A model generated the notes under the pieces. That model worked only from the letters and a program-made list of their open reading frames with translations, made no database searches and had not been told where the DNA came from. Of a stretch of 32,000 nt of DNA, positions 1-10,400 are shown in pieces. The stretch is from positions 10,737 through 42,736 of the forward strand of contig NZ_BCZP01000035.1 of assembly GCF_001598795.1 (NCBI RefSeq). Reading direction: 5' to 3'. Origin of the DNA: Delftia acidovorans NBRC 14950. Lineage in GTDB: Bacteria > Pseudomonadota > Gammaproteobacteria > Burkholderiales > Burkholderiaceae_C. The translations under genes were made by a program, and so were the position numbers. Position 1 is the first letter of the stretch. Each line of letters opens with the position of its first letter.

Positions 1-163
1 CCGTCAGGCGCATGAAGGCGCCCGTGGCCTGCTGGCCCGGCACGCTGGCACGCGCCCAGGCGGCGTCGGCCTTGACGTGGGCCGCATCGGCATGGGCATG
101 GGCCAGCCCCATGGACAGGGAGGCGGCGATCAGGAAAGGGGTGGTCCATTGACGCAGTGTCAT
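1..163 (-). CDS. PCu(A)C-type periplasmic copper chaperone (DUF461), N-terminal part only; the gene runs off the left edge of the window
   Basis: Not in the ORF track because it is short and truncated. My translation from ATG 163-161 is MTLRQWTTPFLIAASLSMGLAHAHADAAHVKADAAWARASVPGQQATGAFMRLT. It shows a signal peptide followed by the AW-RA-VPGQ-ATGAFM-L block typical of PCu(A)C N-termini. GGAG (complement of 172-175) lies 8 nt upstream of the ATG. Confidence 0.6.
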   Translation of the reverse strand, partial: MTLRQWTTPFLIAASLSMGLAHAHADAAHVKADAAWARASVPGQQATGAFMRLT

Positions 164-259
164 CACGGTTTCTCCAGAAAATTCAATACGTTGCAGCACG
201 GTCTGTGTGCCTTGCAAAAACAAAAGCCAAGCGAAAGAGGCAGGGATTGAAATGGGGAG

Positions 260-619
260 TCACCGGGGCGGGGCGCGGGCCTGCGGCAAGGCCGGCATGG
301 CCACGCTGTGGACGGAGGCCGGGTGCGCCCGTGGCTGCGCATCTGCCATCAGCGGTGCCGGGGCCGCACTGCACCGGGCGGGCGGCGGCGCCAGCGGGGG
401 CAGGCACAGCGGGCAGTCGATGCCGTGGCTTCCGGCAAGGGCATTGTCCTGACCGGCCGGCGATGGCACCCAGACCGATTCGCCAGCGGCCGAGCACAGG
501 CGCTCCCAGCCCGAGGCACGCGCCAGCGGCGCAAACGCCGATGCCAGCGCCACGCACAGCCACAGCCCCAGCACCCAGCGGGCGCAGGCAGCCAAGGTGG
601 AGGGCAGGCGAAGCGGCAT
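260..619 (-). CDS. DUF2946-family small exported/membrane protein (copper-uptake associated)
   Basis: ORF 260..619 starts at ATG 619. It has a hydrophobic N-terminus (WVLGLWLCVALASAFAPLA), then W-x2-LCSAAG...VWV and H-x2-DCPLCL motifs as in DUF2946. It sits directly upstream of the PCu(A)C gene, its usual partner. No clear SD, so the start is uncertain. Confidence 0.55.
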   Translation of the reverse strand: MPLRLPSTLAACARWVLGLWLCVALASAFAPLARASGWERLCSAAGESVWVPSPAGQDNALAGSHGIDCPLCLPPLAPPPARCSAAPAPLMADAQPRAHPASVHSVAMPALPQARAPPR

Positions 620-738
620 GGCGCCATTCTAGGGGTCTGCCCCAGTCGTCATCTCCGGGACCGCGCCATGCCCTGCCCGCCCCTACCATCACAGGCGCGC
701 ACCCTCGCCTTCACCACAAACAACCCAAGGAGACACCC

Positions 739-1401
739 ATGCTCACCCTGTGCGGATTCGCGGCCAGCAACTACTACAACAAGGTCAAGCTGGCCCTGCT
801 GGAAAAGCAGCTGCCCTTCAACGAGGAACTGGACTGGCTGGGCGAGACCGACATGGCACTGTCGCCGCTGGGCAAGGTGCCGTACCTGCGCATCGACGAC
901 GGCCGGGGCCTGTGCGAGTCGGCCGCCATGGTCGAGTACGTGGAGACGCTGTCGCCCTCCCCTTCCCTGCTGCCGGCCGACGCCTTCGAGGCCGCCAAGG
1001 TGCGCGAGCTGTGCGTGTACCTGGACCTGCACCTGGAGCTGGTGGCGCGCATCCTCTACCCGCAGGCCTTCTTCGGCGGCCAGGTCAGCGACTCCACCCG
1101 GGAGCGCACGCTGGCCCAGCTCGACAAGAACGTGGCGGCCTTCGCCAAACTCGCGCGTTTCTCACCCTTTGTGGCGGGCGACAGCTTCACGCTGGCCGAC
1201 TGCTGCGCCATCGTCCACCTGCCCCTGGTCAGCGCAGCCAGCAAGATCGTTGGCGGGCGCGACGTGCTGGCCGACCTGCCCGTGCGCGAGTACCTGGCGC
1301 GCATGGCCGAGCGGCCCACGGTGCAGCAGGTCAATGCCGACCGCAAGACCAATACGGCGCTGATGATGTCCCGCTACGCCAGCGACAAGACTCCGGCCTG
1401 A
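739..1401 (+). CDS. glutathione S-transferase family protein
   Basis: Only the last 220 aa of ORF 157..1401 look real (MLTLCGFAASNYYNKVKLALLEK...). ATG 739 is preceded by AAGGAG at 727-732. The N-terminal domain is thioredoxin-like (KVPYL, CESAAMVEYV) and the C-terminal domain is helical GST-like. The upstream part of the ORF is Arg/Pro/Ala-rich junk overlapping the DUF2946 gene. Confidence 0.85.
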   Translation: MLTLCGFAASNYYNKVKLALLEKQLPFNEELDWLGETDMALSPLGKVPYLRIDDGRGLCESAAMVEYVETLSPSPSLLPADAFEAAKVRELCVYLDLHLELVARILYPQAFFGGQVSDSTRERTLAQLDKNVAAFAKLARFSPFVAGDSFTLADCCAIVHLPLVSAASKIVGGRDVLADLPVREYLARMAERPTVQQVNADRKTNTALMMSRYASDKTPA

Positions 1402-1419
1402 GCCGCCGCCCTGCCCGCC

Positions 1420-3585
1420 TCAGTCCTGCAGCCAGCGCAGCAGCCCGCTGGCGCGCTGCGTGGGGCTGCCAACGGCCGAGGCCAGCAGGCCCGGCACCTC
1501 GGAGAACAGCGAGAAGGCCTGGCGGGCGCGCGTGATGCCGGTGTAGACCAGCTCGCGCCCCAGCACGCTGCCGCCGCGCGAGGGCAGCACCAGGGCCGTG
1601 TGCTCGAACTCCGAGCCCTGGCTCTTGTGCACCGTCATGGCGAAGGCGGTCTCCACATGGGCCAGGCGGCTGACACCGACCGAGCGCAGCTCGTCACCCT
1701 GCAGGAAGTACACGCGCAGCGGCTGCCCGGGCCCACCCTGCGGGGCCCCCTGTGCCCCGCCCTGCGACCCACCCGGCAGCGCAATGCCGATGTCACCGTT
1801 GAACACGCCCAGCTGCGCATCGTTGCGCGTGACCATGACGGGCCGGCCCGCATACCATTCGCCGCTGCGGCGGATCGCGCCCTGCGCTTCCAGGGCCTGC
1901 TCCACCGCCCGGTTGAGGCCGGACACGCCCCAGTCCCCCTCGCGCACGGCGCACAGCAGCCGGAAGCGCTCGAAGGCCTGCAGCACATCGACCACCCAGG
2001 CCCGGTGCGCGGCCTCGTAGCCGCCGTCCGCAGCCGGCCTGTTTTGCAGCGCCCTGGCATACAGCGCATAGCTGGCCAGGCCGCCGCGCCCGCGCACGGC
2101 CAGTTCGGTCACGGCCTGCACGCCGCCGCCCTGGCGCTCCCAGAGTTCGGAGTGCGTACCGCCTTGCGTGCCGGCATCGAGCAAGGCCTGGGCCTGCGCG
2201 GCATGGCCGGCATTCACGGCGCGCGCCAACTGGCCGATGGGGCCACCGAAGCGCCGGCTTTCGCGCAGCATGACGGTGTGCTGCGCAAGAGCCGGCGGCC
2301 GGTCGCCTGCCGGCGCCGCGAACTGCGGCGGCACCGCCTGGCCGGCCACGCGCAGCGCATAGTCCAGCGTGTCCGGCAGGTAGCGTCCGGCCTGGGCATC
2401 GCGGCACAGGTCGCCCAGCACGGCGCCCGCCTCCACCGATGCCAGCTGGTCCTTGTCGCCCAGCAGCACCAGGCGGGCGCCGGACGGCAGTGCCTCCAGC
2501 AGCGCCGCCATCATCTCAAGGTGGACCATGGAGGCCTCATCGACGATGAGCACGTCCACGTCCAGCTGCCGGCCCGCATGGAATCCCCAGTGCCGTGTAT
2601 CGGGCCGCGCGCCCAGCATGGAGTGCAGGGTGCGCGCCGCACCCATGCGCTGCACCAGGCCCGCCAGGTCGATCTCGCCGCCCATGCTGCCCTGCAATTG
2701 CAGCAAGGCCCCGTCGATCGATTGCTTCAGGCGCGCAGCCGCCTTGCCCGTGGGCGCGGCCAGGGCCACGCGCAGCTGGCCGGCGTCGGGCGCCGTGGCA
2801 AACAGCAGGGCCAGCAGCCGCGCCGCGGTATAGGTCTTGCCGGTGCCGGGGCCGCCCGTGATCACCGACAGCCGGCCGCGCAGCGCCAGCGCGCAGGCCA
2901 GCTTCTGCCAGTCCACGGGGCTGCCTTCCGCCGCAGGCGGGAACAGGCGGTCCAGCCAGTGGCGGGCCAGGGCTTCGTCCAGCGGCTGGCCGGCCACGGC
3001 CTGCGCCGCCGTGCGCTGGATGACATGGGTGGCCACGGCGCGCTCGTAGTCCCAGTAGCGGCGCAGGTACAGCAGCGGCGCGGGGCCGTCGGCACCGGCC
3101 AGCACCAAGGGCTGGCCAAGGTCCTCGCCGCCATCCTGGCCAGCGTCGCCGACCACGCGCACCACGGGGCTGGCACCCAGCGCCGCCACCCAGCCGGACA
3201 GGCGCGCGGGCAGCATCTGCCACAGGGCCTGCTGCGCGGGCAGCGCCTCGGCGGGCCAGGCCAGCACGTCGTTGGGATTGCCGGCCAGCGGTGCCATGGG
3301 CAGGCAGCTGTGGCCGCGCCCCTCCATCTGCGCCAGCAGCGCGGCGGCCACCAGCAAGGCGGGCCCGGCCTGCGCATCCTGCCCGGCGACGAAGGAGGCC
3401 AGCGCCGCATCCAGGCGCCGCAGCAGGCCGGCATCGGCCCAGCGGCGCAGCAGGGCCAGCACTTCATTGGTGTCTGGCGGCACGGCGCCCAGCGAGTCGT
3501 CGCCCGGCGGTTCGTCGCCCGGCCGTTCGTCGAACAGGTCCAGCGTGGCCGTATCGACGGTCCGCGAACGGGGGCGCGGGCTCAT
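1420..3585 (-). CDS. recD: exodeoxyribonuclease V alpha subunit RecD (SF1 helicase)
   Basis: 721 aa. Walker A ITGGPGTGKTYT, Walker B LIVDEASMV, and C-terminal MTVHKSQGSEF and YTGITRAR motifs. The ATG (3585) overlaps the recB TGA (3582-3584) as ATGA. Confidence 0.9.
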   Translation of the reverse strand: MSPRPRSRTVDTATLDLFDERPGDEPPGDDSLGAVPPDTNEVLALLRRWADAGLLRRLDAALASFVAGQDAQAGPALLVAAALLAQMEGRGHSCLPMAPLAGNPNDVLAWPAEALPAQQALWQMLPARLSGWVAALGASPVVRVVGDAGQDGGEDLGQPLVLAGADGPAPLLYLRRYWDYERAVATHVIQRTAAQAVAGQPLDEALARHWLDRLFPPAAEGSPVDWQKLACALALRGRLSVITGGPGTGKTYTAARLLALLFATAPDAGQLRVALAAPTGKAAARLKQSIDGALLQLQGSMGGEIDLAGLVQRMGAARTLHSMLGARPDTRHWGFHAGRQLDVDVLIVDEASMVHLEMMAALLEALPSGARLVLLGDKDQLASVEAGAVLGDLCRDAQAGRYLPDTLDYALRVAGQAVPPQFAAPAGDRPPALAQHTVMLRESRRFGGPIGQLARAVNAGHAAQAQALLDAGTQGGTHSELWERQGGGVQAVTELAVRGRGGLASYALYARALQNRPAADGGYEAAHRAWVVDVLQAFERFRLLCAVREGDWGVSGLNRAVEQALEAQGAIRRSGEWYAGRPVMVTRNDAQLGVFNGDIGIALPGGSQGGAQGAPQGGPGQPLRVYFLQGDELRSVGVSRLAHVETAFAMTVHKSQGSEFEHTALVLPSRGGSVLGRELVYTGITRARQAFSLFSEVPGLLASAVGSPTQRASGLLRWLQD

Positions 3586-6500
3586 GGCGGCTCCTGCATA
3601 TCGGCGCGGCCGGGGCCGAGCAGTTCATCGAGCGCATCGAGCAGGGGCAGCTCGGGCGCCATGGCATGCATGCCACCGGCCGGGCCATCGATGCCGCGCA
3701 GAAAGTAGTACAGCGCGCCGCCCAGCTGGCGCTGCGGCTCGTAGGCCGTGCCCAGGCGGCTGCGCAGCAGCCGGTGCAGGGCCAGCAGGTAGAGCGCGGC
3801 CTGCACGTCGTAGCGGTGGTGAAGCATGGCGCGGGCCAGGGCCTCCTGGCCGTAGGCGGCGCCGTCCGGGCCCAGGTGGTTGCTCTTGTAGTCAAGCACC
3901 CAGTAGCGGCCCTCGTGGCAGAACACCAGGTCGGCAAAGCCCATGAGCATGCCGTGCAGCGAGCGCTGGGGCAGCGCGGGCCGCTCCTGCCCCGGCAGGA
4001 TGAAGCGCCGGCACAGTTGGTCGATGCGCTCGGCCGGCAGCTGGCGCGCGGGCAGCCAGAACTCCATCTCGGACAGTTGCGGGCCCAGCGTGGCCAGCGT
4101 GACATCGAGCGGCGCCAGCGGCTGGTGGACCACGGCCGTGAGCCAGGCCAGCAGGTCGCGCGCCTGCTCGCCCCGGCCCGCGCGCTCGCAGCGGCGCACC
4201 AGGCGATCAGCGAGCGCACCCTGACCGTCCACGGGCAGGGCAAAGTCTTCGCCGCCCAGCCATTCAAGCTGGTCGTGCACGAAGTTGCCGACCACGGGGC
4301 CGCGCAGAAAGCGGTGCCAGACCGCAGGCCCAGCGGCCGGTCCATCCTGCAGGGACTGCAGGCCCGCCAGGCCGGCGATGTCCGCCAGTTCCGGCGATGG
4401 GGGCGGCTCCAGCGCCTGCTCATCCTCGGCCGGGCGCTGCACGGCCACGGGCAGCACGGGCAGGCTGGGCGCGGCCATGGCGCGCACCAGGGCCGAGAAG
4501 CTGCCGATGCCCCAGCGGGTGTCGAAGCGCGCGTCGTAGGCCGGGGCATCGTGCAGCGGCGTGGCGCCGGCCGGGGGCTGCCAGCGCGTGCGCTGCAGTG
4601 GTACGGCATCCAGGTCGCGCCAGGCCATGTGCGGGTCTTCGCCGCACAGCTGCTGCAGGCCGTCGCGCCAGCCCTGGGCCGAGCGCGGCTCGGTGCCGCC
4701 CAGCAGGTAGCCGGCTGCGCCCTGCTCATTCACGCAGGCCTTGCCGTTGCCGCGCTTGAGCGGGGCCAGGCCCAGCCACAGCGCATGGCGCGGGCGGGTG
4801 AGCGCCACGTAGAACAGGCGCAGGTCCTCGCGCAGCCGCTCGCGGTCGGCCTGGGCCAGCTCCTCGTCGCTGAAGTCCAGCAGCAATCGGCGGGCCGGAG
4901 CCGCATCGTCTTGCGACTCGTCCTGCGCGGACAGGGTCAGGAACGGCGTTCTGGCCCGTTCCATGGGGCGGAAGCTGCCCGCAAACGGCAGGCAGACCAG
5001 CGGGTATTCCAGGCCCTTGCTCTTGTGCACGGTGACGAGCTTGACCAGGTCGGCATCGCTTTCCAGGCGCACCACCTGCTCCTCGCTGCCGCTGCCCGGC
5101 GTCTCGATCTGGGTGGCCAGCCAGCGGATCAGGGCCTGCTCGCCCTCCAGCTGGGCGCTGGCGGTCTGCAGCAGCTCGGCCAGATGCAGGTAGTTGGTCA
5201 GGCGCCGCTCGCCGCCCATGGCCGGGTCCTGCAGCCAGCGTACGGGCAGGTCCAGCCGGTACAGGGTCTGGCGCAGCATGGCCAGCACGCCCAGGCGCAG
5301 CCAGATGCTGTGCAGTTCGCGAAGCTGCTCGCTGCGCACGTCAAAGGCTTCCTCGTCGGCGGCCAGCCAGGCCAGCTCATCCAGCGACAGGCCGATGAGC
5401 CGCGTGGCCAGGCCCGCGCGCACGGCCTGGGCATCCAGCGGCGCGGCGACGGCGCGCAGCCAGTACAGCAGGTCATGGGCCTCGTCGCTGGCGAACACCG
5501 AATCCTGGTCCGACAGGTAGACCGAGGCCACGGCGCGCGCCTGCAGCTCGCGGCGCACGGCGGCCGCCTCTCGGCCCGTGCGCACCAGCACGGCGATGTC
5601 GGCAGGCCGCAGGCGCACAAGGCGGCCATCGGGCTGCACAAAGCCGGCCTGCGGGTCGGCCAGCCACTGCACGATCTGCTCGGCGCAATGGGCCGCAAAG
5701 CGGCGCCGCACCTCGTCGGCCGACAAAGGCAGGGGAATGCCGGTGTCCTCGTCGCTGCCCGCACTCCAGGCCACGGTGAGGGCGGGCATGGCGCCGTCGC
5801 GCGTGTGCAGCAGCTCGCGCCGGCCCTGGGCAGCCACGGGCTCGAACGGCAGCGGGTTGTGGCTGCCGCGCCGAAACATGAAGGCGCCCTCGCCCGGCCG
5901 CTGCTCGGCCTGCGCGAACCAATGGTTGACGGCGCCCACCAGTGCCTGGGTGGATCGGTAGTTGGTGCCCAGCACGTAGTGGCGGCCCTCGGTGGCGCGG
6001 CGCGCCTGCAGGTAGCTGTGGATGTCGGCGCCGCGAAAGCCGTAGATGGACTGCTTGGGGTCGCCGATCAGCAGCAGGGCGCTGTGCGGGTCGTTGGCCG
6101 CCGTGCGGTAGATCTGGTCGAACAGGCGGTACTGCAGCGGCGAGGTGTCCTGGAATTCATCGATCAGCGCCACCGGGTACTGGGCCAGGATGCGCTCGCG
6201 CAGCACGGCGCCGTTGTCGCCGGCCAGGGCCGTGTCCAGGCGCTGCAGCATGTCGGCAAAGCCGAAGCTGCCGGCCTGGCGCTTGAGGTGGGCCAGCCGC
6301 TGCGCCACGCGCGCGGCCGCATGCAGGCGCACGGCCACGCTGACGGGCGGCAATTGCTCCAGTTGCACCAGCAGCGCCTGCAGCTCGTCCAGCTCCAGCG
6401 GCATGAGCACATCGCCAGCCGATCCCTTGAAGGCCTCGGCCAGACCCTCGGGGCTGAGGCGGTGGCGCGCTGCCTCGGTCAGCGCCAGCGGGCCGTCCAG

Positions 6501-7412
6501 CGGGGCGCGCGACCAGTCGGCCAGGGCGGCCAGCCAGCCGGTGTAGCGCGCGGGCTGCAGCTTGCGCTTGTCCCACAGCGCGCCATGGCCGTCGAGCTGT
6601 CCATCCAGCCACAGCTGCAGGCGCTGTGCCTTGTCGTCCCAGCCGGCCGCCAGGGCCAGCAGGCGGCTGCGGCGCTGCTCCATGGCGCGCTGCAGGCAGT
6701 CGGCCAGGCTGCCCTCGCCCGCGCCGGGCACGGGGGGCTCGCGCAGCAGGGCGCGCATGTCATCGACCAGGGCGCCGACGTGGGGCCAGATCTTCAGGAC
6801 CTCGTCCAGCAGCTCGTCGGACAGCGGGTAGCACTGCTGGCGCCAGTAGTCCTGCGCGGCCTCGGTCTGTCGCTGACTTTCGTCGGGCTCCAGCGTTTCG
6901 TCGAAGAGGTTGCCGCTGTCGAAGGCATGCTCGCGCAGCATGCGCTGGCACCAGGCGTCGATGGTGTGGATGGCCGCGTCGTCCATGCATTCGGCCGCCA
7001 TGGCCAGGCGCCAGGCCGCGCGTTCACGGGCCGCGCCTTCGGGGTAGGCCTCGCGCAGCGCGTGCAGGAAGGCGTCGTGGGGCGCGGGCTCGGCCTCGCC
7101 GCGAAAGCACTGCACGGCCTCGATCAGGCGCTTGCGTATGCGGTCGGACAGCTCGCGCGTGGCCGCGCGCGTGAAGGTCATGACGAGGATGTCGGGCGGC
7201 ATCAGCGGGCGCTCGAAGGCCGTGCTGCCCTCGCCATGCCCCAGCACCAGGCGCAGGTAGAGCGCAGCAATGGTCCAGGTCTTGCCGGTGCCGGCGCTGG
7301 CCTCGATCAGGCGGCTGCCCCACAGCGGGAAGCGCTGTGCGTCGAGCACATGGCTGGTCACGTCGCCGTCCACATCGCCGGTCACGGCGCCGATCATTTC
7401 GCTCGCGCTCAT
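3582..7412 (-). CDS. recB: exodeoxyribonuclease V beta subunit RecB (UvrD-like helicase plus PD-(D/E)XK nuclease)
   Basis: 1276 aa. N-terminal IEASAGTGKTWTI Walker A and UvrD/Rep-type motifs (LIDEFQDTSP, YRS, VTVHKSKGLEYP). C-terminal nuclease block GFADLVF...YWVLDYKSN. ATGA overlap with the recC stop at 7409-7412. Confidence 0.95.
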   Translation of the reverse strand: MSASEMIGAVTGDVDGDVTSHVLDAQRFPLWGSRLIEASAGTGKTWTIAALYLRLVLGHGEGSTAFERPLMPPDILVMTFTRAATRELSDRIRKRLIEAVQCFRGEAEPAPHDAFLHALREAYPEGAARERAAWRLAMAAECMDDAAIHTIDAWCQRMLREHAFDSGNLFDETLEPDESQRQTEAAQDYWRQQCYPLSDELLDEVLKIWPHVGALVDDMRALLREPPVPGAGEGSLADCLQRAMEQRRSRLLALAAGWDDKAQRLQLWLDGQLDGHGALWDKRKLQPARYTGWLAALADWSRAPLDGPLALTEAARHRLSPEGLAEAFKGSAGDVLMPLELDELQALLVQLEQLPPVSVAVRLHAAARVAQRLAHLKRQAGSFGFADMLQRLDTALAGDNGAVLRERILAQYPVALIDEFQDTSPLQYRLFDQIYRTAANDPHSALLLIGDPKQSIYGFRGADIHSYLQARRATEGRHYVLGTNYRSTQALVGAVNHWFAQAEQRPGEGAFMFRRGSHNPLPFEPVAAQGRRELLHTRDGAMPALTVAWSAGSDEDTGIPLPLSADEVRRRFAAHCAEQIVQWLADPQAGFVQPDGRLVRLRPADIAVLVRTGREAAAVRRELQARAVASVYLSDQDSVFASDEAHDLLYWLRAVAAPLDAQAVRAGLATRLIGLSLDELAWLAADEEAFDVRSEQLRELHSIWLRLGVLAMLRQTLYRLDLPVRWLQDPAMGGERRLTNYLHLAELLQTASAQLEGEQALIRWLATQIETPGSGSEEQVVRLESDADLVKLVTVHKSKGLEYPLVCLPFAGSFRPMERARTPFLTLSAQDESQDDAAPARRLLLDFSDEELAQADRERLREDLRLFYVALTRPRHALWLGLAPLKRGNGKACVNEQGAAGYLLGGTEPRSAQGWRDGLQQLCGEDPHMAWRDLDAVPLQRTRWQPPAGATPLHDAPAYDARFDTRWGIGSFSALVRAMAAPSLPVLPVAVQRPAEDEQALEPPPSPELADIAGLAGLQSLQDGPAAGPAVWHRFLRGPVVGNFVHDQLEWLGGEDFALPVDGQGALADRLVRRCERAGRGEQARDLLAWLTAVVHQPLAPLDVTLATLGPQLSEMEFWLPARQLPAERIDQLCRRFILPGQERPALPQRSLHGMLMGFADLVFCHEGRYWVLDYKSNHLGPDGAAYGQEALARAMLHHRYDVQAALYLLALHRLLRSRLGTAYEPQRQLGGALYYFLRGIDGPAGGMHAMAPELPLLDALDELLGPGRADMQEPP

Positions 7413-10400
7413 TGCGCCTCCCCCTGGTACGGCAGGACCTGCACCTGCGCGGCCACCCAGTCGAGCAGCGGCGCGTGGGCGGCATGGGCCAGGGCCTCGA
7501 AACGGCCATCGGCGCTCAGGCGTTCGAAGTCAGGGTAGCAGCGGGCCCAGGACGGGTCCTCGCCCTCGCCGCCGACCAGATGACCACCCTCATAGGCCTG
7601 CTGTGCCGCAGCGGGAAAGCCTTCGGCCATGGCCAGGCCGCTGCGCAGCGGCAGGGGCAGCGGGCCGTTCTGGCCTTCGCGCCACAGGGCCATCAATTCA
7701 CGCAGCCGTGCCAGCGCTTCGGAAGGGTCCATGGGCAGCACCTGCACCAGGCCGTCGCGCGCCACCACGCGCAACTCGGCCTGCGAGCCGCTGGCGGCCA
7801 GCGCCAGGCTGCGCAGGTAGACCGGCATGAGCTTGTCGGCATGGGGCCTGCCCTTGGCATTGAGCAGGTTGCGCGGGTCCAGCAGCAGCCAGCACTGTGC
7901 GTCGTCCGCATCGGGGGACTCTTCGGTTTCGCAGGACTGGCGCAGCCCGTCGATCCAGTCGTCGAACACCAGGCCATCGTCCTCGATCAGCAGCCGCCTG
8001 CGCGGCGCGGGATGGGCATACCGATCCAGTTGCTGGCGCCAGGCCCGCAGCGAAGGCGTGACCGAGGACTGCAGCGCCCGCGCGCCGCGCTCGCCCAGCC
8101 CCGCCAGCGGCAGCCGCCCCGAGCGCGTGAGGCGCGCCACGGCGGCGCGCACGCTGTCTTCCATGGCCTGGGGCGCCTGCCCGGGCTCGTCCAGGCCGGC
8201 CGCCACCTGCTGCTGCAACTGCTGCACCAGCAGGTATTCGGTCAGGCCGTCGAGCTGGAACAGTTCCTCGTCCACCACGGGGTTGTCCTCCTGCTCGAAG
8301 CGCACCTGCAGGCGCTGGCGCAGGTAGGCGCGCGCCGGGTGGCGCAGGAAATCGGTGAGCCGGGCCAGCGTCAGCGGCGCCGAGGCGTCGGGGACAAAGG
8401 GCGGGCGCGGCTGCGCGGGCAGCGGAGGCAACGCGTCCGTGCCGTCCGACTGCGCATGCGCGGCCCGCCATTCGCGCGCATAGGTGGTCCAGGGCGAGCC
8501 TTCTTCGAAATAGCGGCGACTGAAGGGCTGCAGCGGATGCTGCTGCGTGCGCTGCGCCAGCAGCGGCTGGCCGCCTTCGCCGCGCCAACCTGTCTCCAGG
8601 TAGTCGCGCAGCTGGGAGACCAGGACCGAGGGCGGCTGCTCGCTGTTGTCGCGCACATGGTGGCCGGTCCAGCTGATGTAGAGCGCGCGGCGTGCGGACA
8701 GCAGGGCTTCGAGCATGAGCTGGCGGTCATCGTCGCGGCGCGCGCGGTCGCCGGGGCGCTGCTGGCCGGGCAGCGCCATCAGGTCGAAGTCGCTGCGCGT
8801 GGCGCGGCGCGGATAGTCGCCATCGTTCATGCCCAGCAGGCAGACCACCTCGAAGGGAATGGCCCGCATGGGCATCAGCGTGCAAAAGGTCACGCCACCG
8901 GCGCGAAAGCGCTGCGACAGCGAGGGCTGCTCCAGCGCCTGCATCCAGGCCTCCTGGGCCACGCCCAGTTCCACGGCGTCCGCATAGCCGGCCTGCTCGC
9001 AGGCGCGCTGCCAGTCCGTGAGGGCGGCGTCCAGCGCGGCCAGCATGGCCTCGTCCTCATCGTCCTGCGCCTTGAAGAAGTCCTGCAGCAGTGCGCGAAA
9101 GCGCTGCGCCCAGACCTCGGGCGTGGCGGGCCGCCCGGCCTCGCGCCACCAGGCCAGCATGCGCTCCAGCAGCGCAGCCAGCACGCCGGCCAGCTCGGCC
9201 GACAGGCCGCCCACTTCGTCATAGGGCTCGATGCCGCCAAAGGCCTGGCCGTCCTGCGCCACGCCGCCGGCATAGCCCAGCAGCATGCGCTGCAGGCCGA
9301 ACCAGGCGCTGTTGTGCTCGCCGCAGGCCTGCAGGCCCAGGGCGCCGCGCTGCGGCGCATTGAGTCCCCAGCGGATGCCGGCCCCGGCCATCCAGCGCGT
9401 GAGCTGGGGCAGGTCGTCGGCCGCCAGCCCCATGCGCGCGGCAATCGCGGGGACGTCCAGCAGGTCGCACAGCTCGCTGAGCCGGCAGCGCTGCTGGGGC
9501 AGGCGCAGCAGCCATTGCAGGGCCACGGCCAGCGGGCTGCTGGCGCGCGCACCCAGGTCGGCGATGTCGAAGGGAATGTGGCGCGGGTCATGGCGGCCGT
9601 ACTGGCCGAAGACCGCACGTATCGAGGGCGCTGCCGTCTCTATGGACGGCAGCATGACCACCACGTCACGCGGGGCCAGCGGCGCTTGCCCTGGCTGGGC
9701 AGGATCCGGTGGCCGGGCCAGCATCTGCAGCAGCTGGTCGTGCAGCACCTCCAGTTCGCGCACCACGCTGTGGGCGCTGTGAAAGACGATGGAACGATCG
9801 GCCCGCGCCACCTCCAGCGGCGGGTGCTCGGCCAGCGGCACCAGGTCGCGGATGCGCTGCTGTACCTGGGCCAGCAGCGGCGCGGTGCGCAGGTCCTCGG
9901 CATCGGTTTCGTCGAACAGGTCCACGCGCGGCATCTGCAGCTGCGCGGCGGCACCCGTGGTGTCGAAGGCGTCGAGCTGGCGCACATAGTCGCGGCTTTG
10001 CCGGCCCCAGGCGGCCAGCAGCGGATGGGCGTGGGCATGCATGGCCTCCAGCGGCAGCTGCGCCAGATCGCGCCCGCCGCGCAGCGGCTGGCGGCGCCGC
10101 GCCATGCGCAGCAGCTCGCGCCCGTCGATGGCGTCGGCCCAATGGAAGCGGCAGGGATTGGGCACGGCCAGCAGCACCTGGCTGTGGCGGGCGATGGCCG
10201 CCAGGAACTCCAGCAGGCTCAGCGGCAACTGGCTGATGCCGAACACCACCACGCGGCGTGCCAGCGGCGCGGCCGGCGCCTCGCCGGACTGCAGCGCGGC
10301 CAGCACCCTGCCCTGCAGGCGCGCGCGCGTGGCGCCGCGCTGGTCCTCGTCCAGCTCGGCCAGCACGGCGCGCCACAGGCGCGGCTGCCACTGCTGGCCT

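Noticed and set aside
157-738. The 5' extension of the GST ORF (414 aa in total) and overlapping ORFs 183..692(-), 207..452(+), 308..1363(+) and 349..627(-).
   Set aside because: Only the segment from ATG 739 has an RBS and GST-like sequence. The extension is Arg/Pro/Ala-rich. Among the overlapping frames, only 260..619(-) shows a recognisable family signature (DUF2946).
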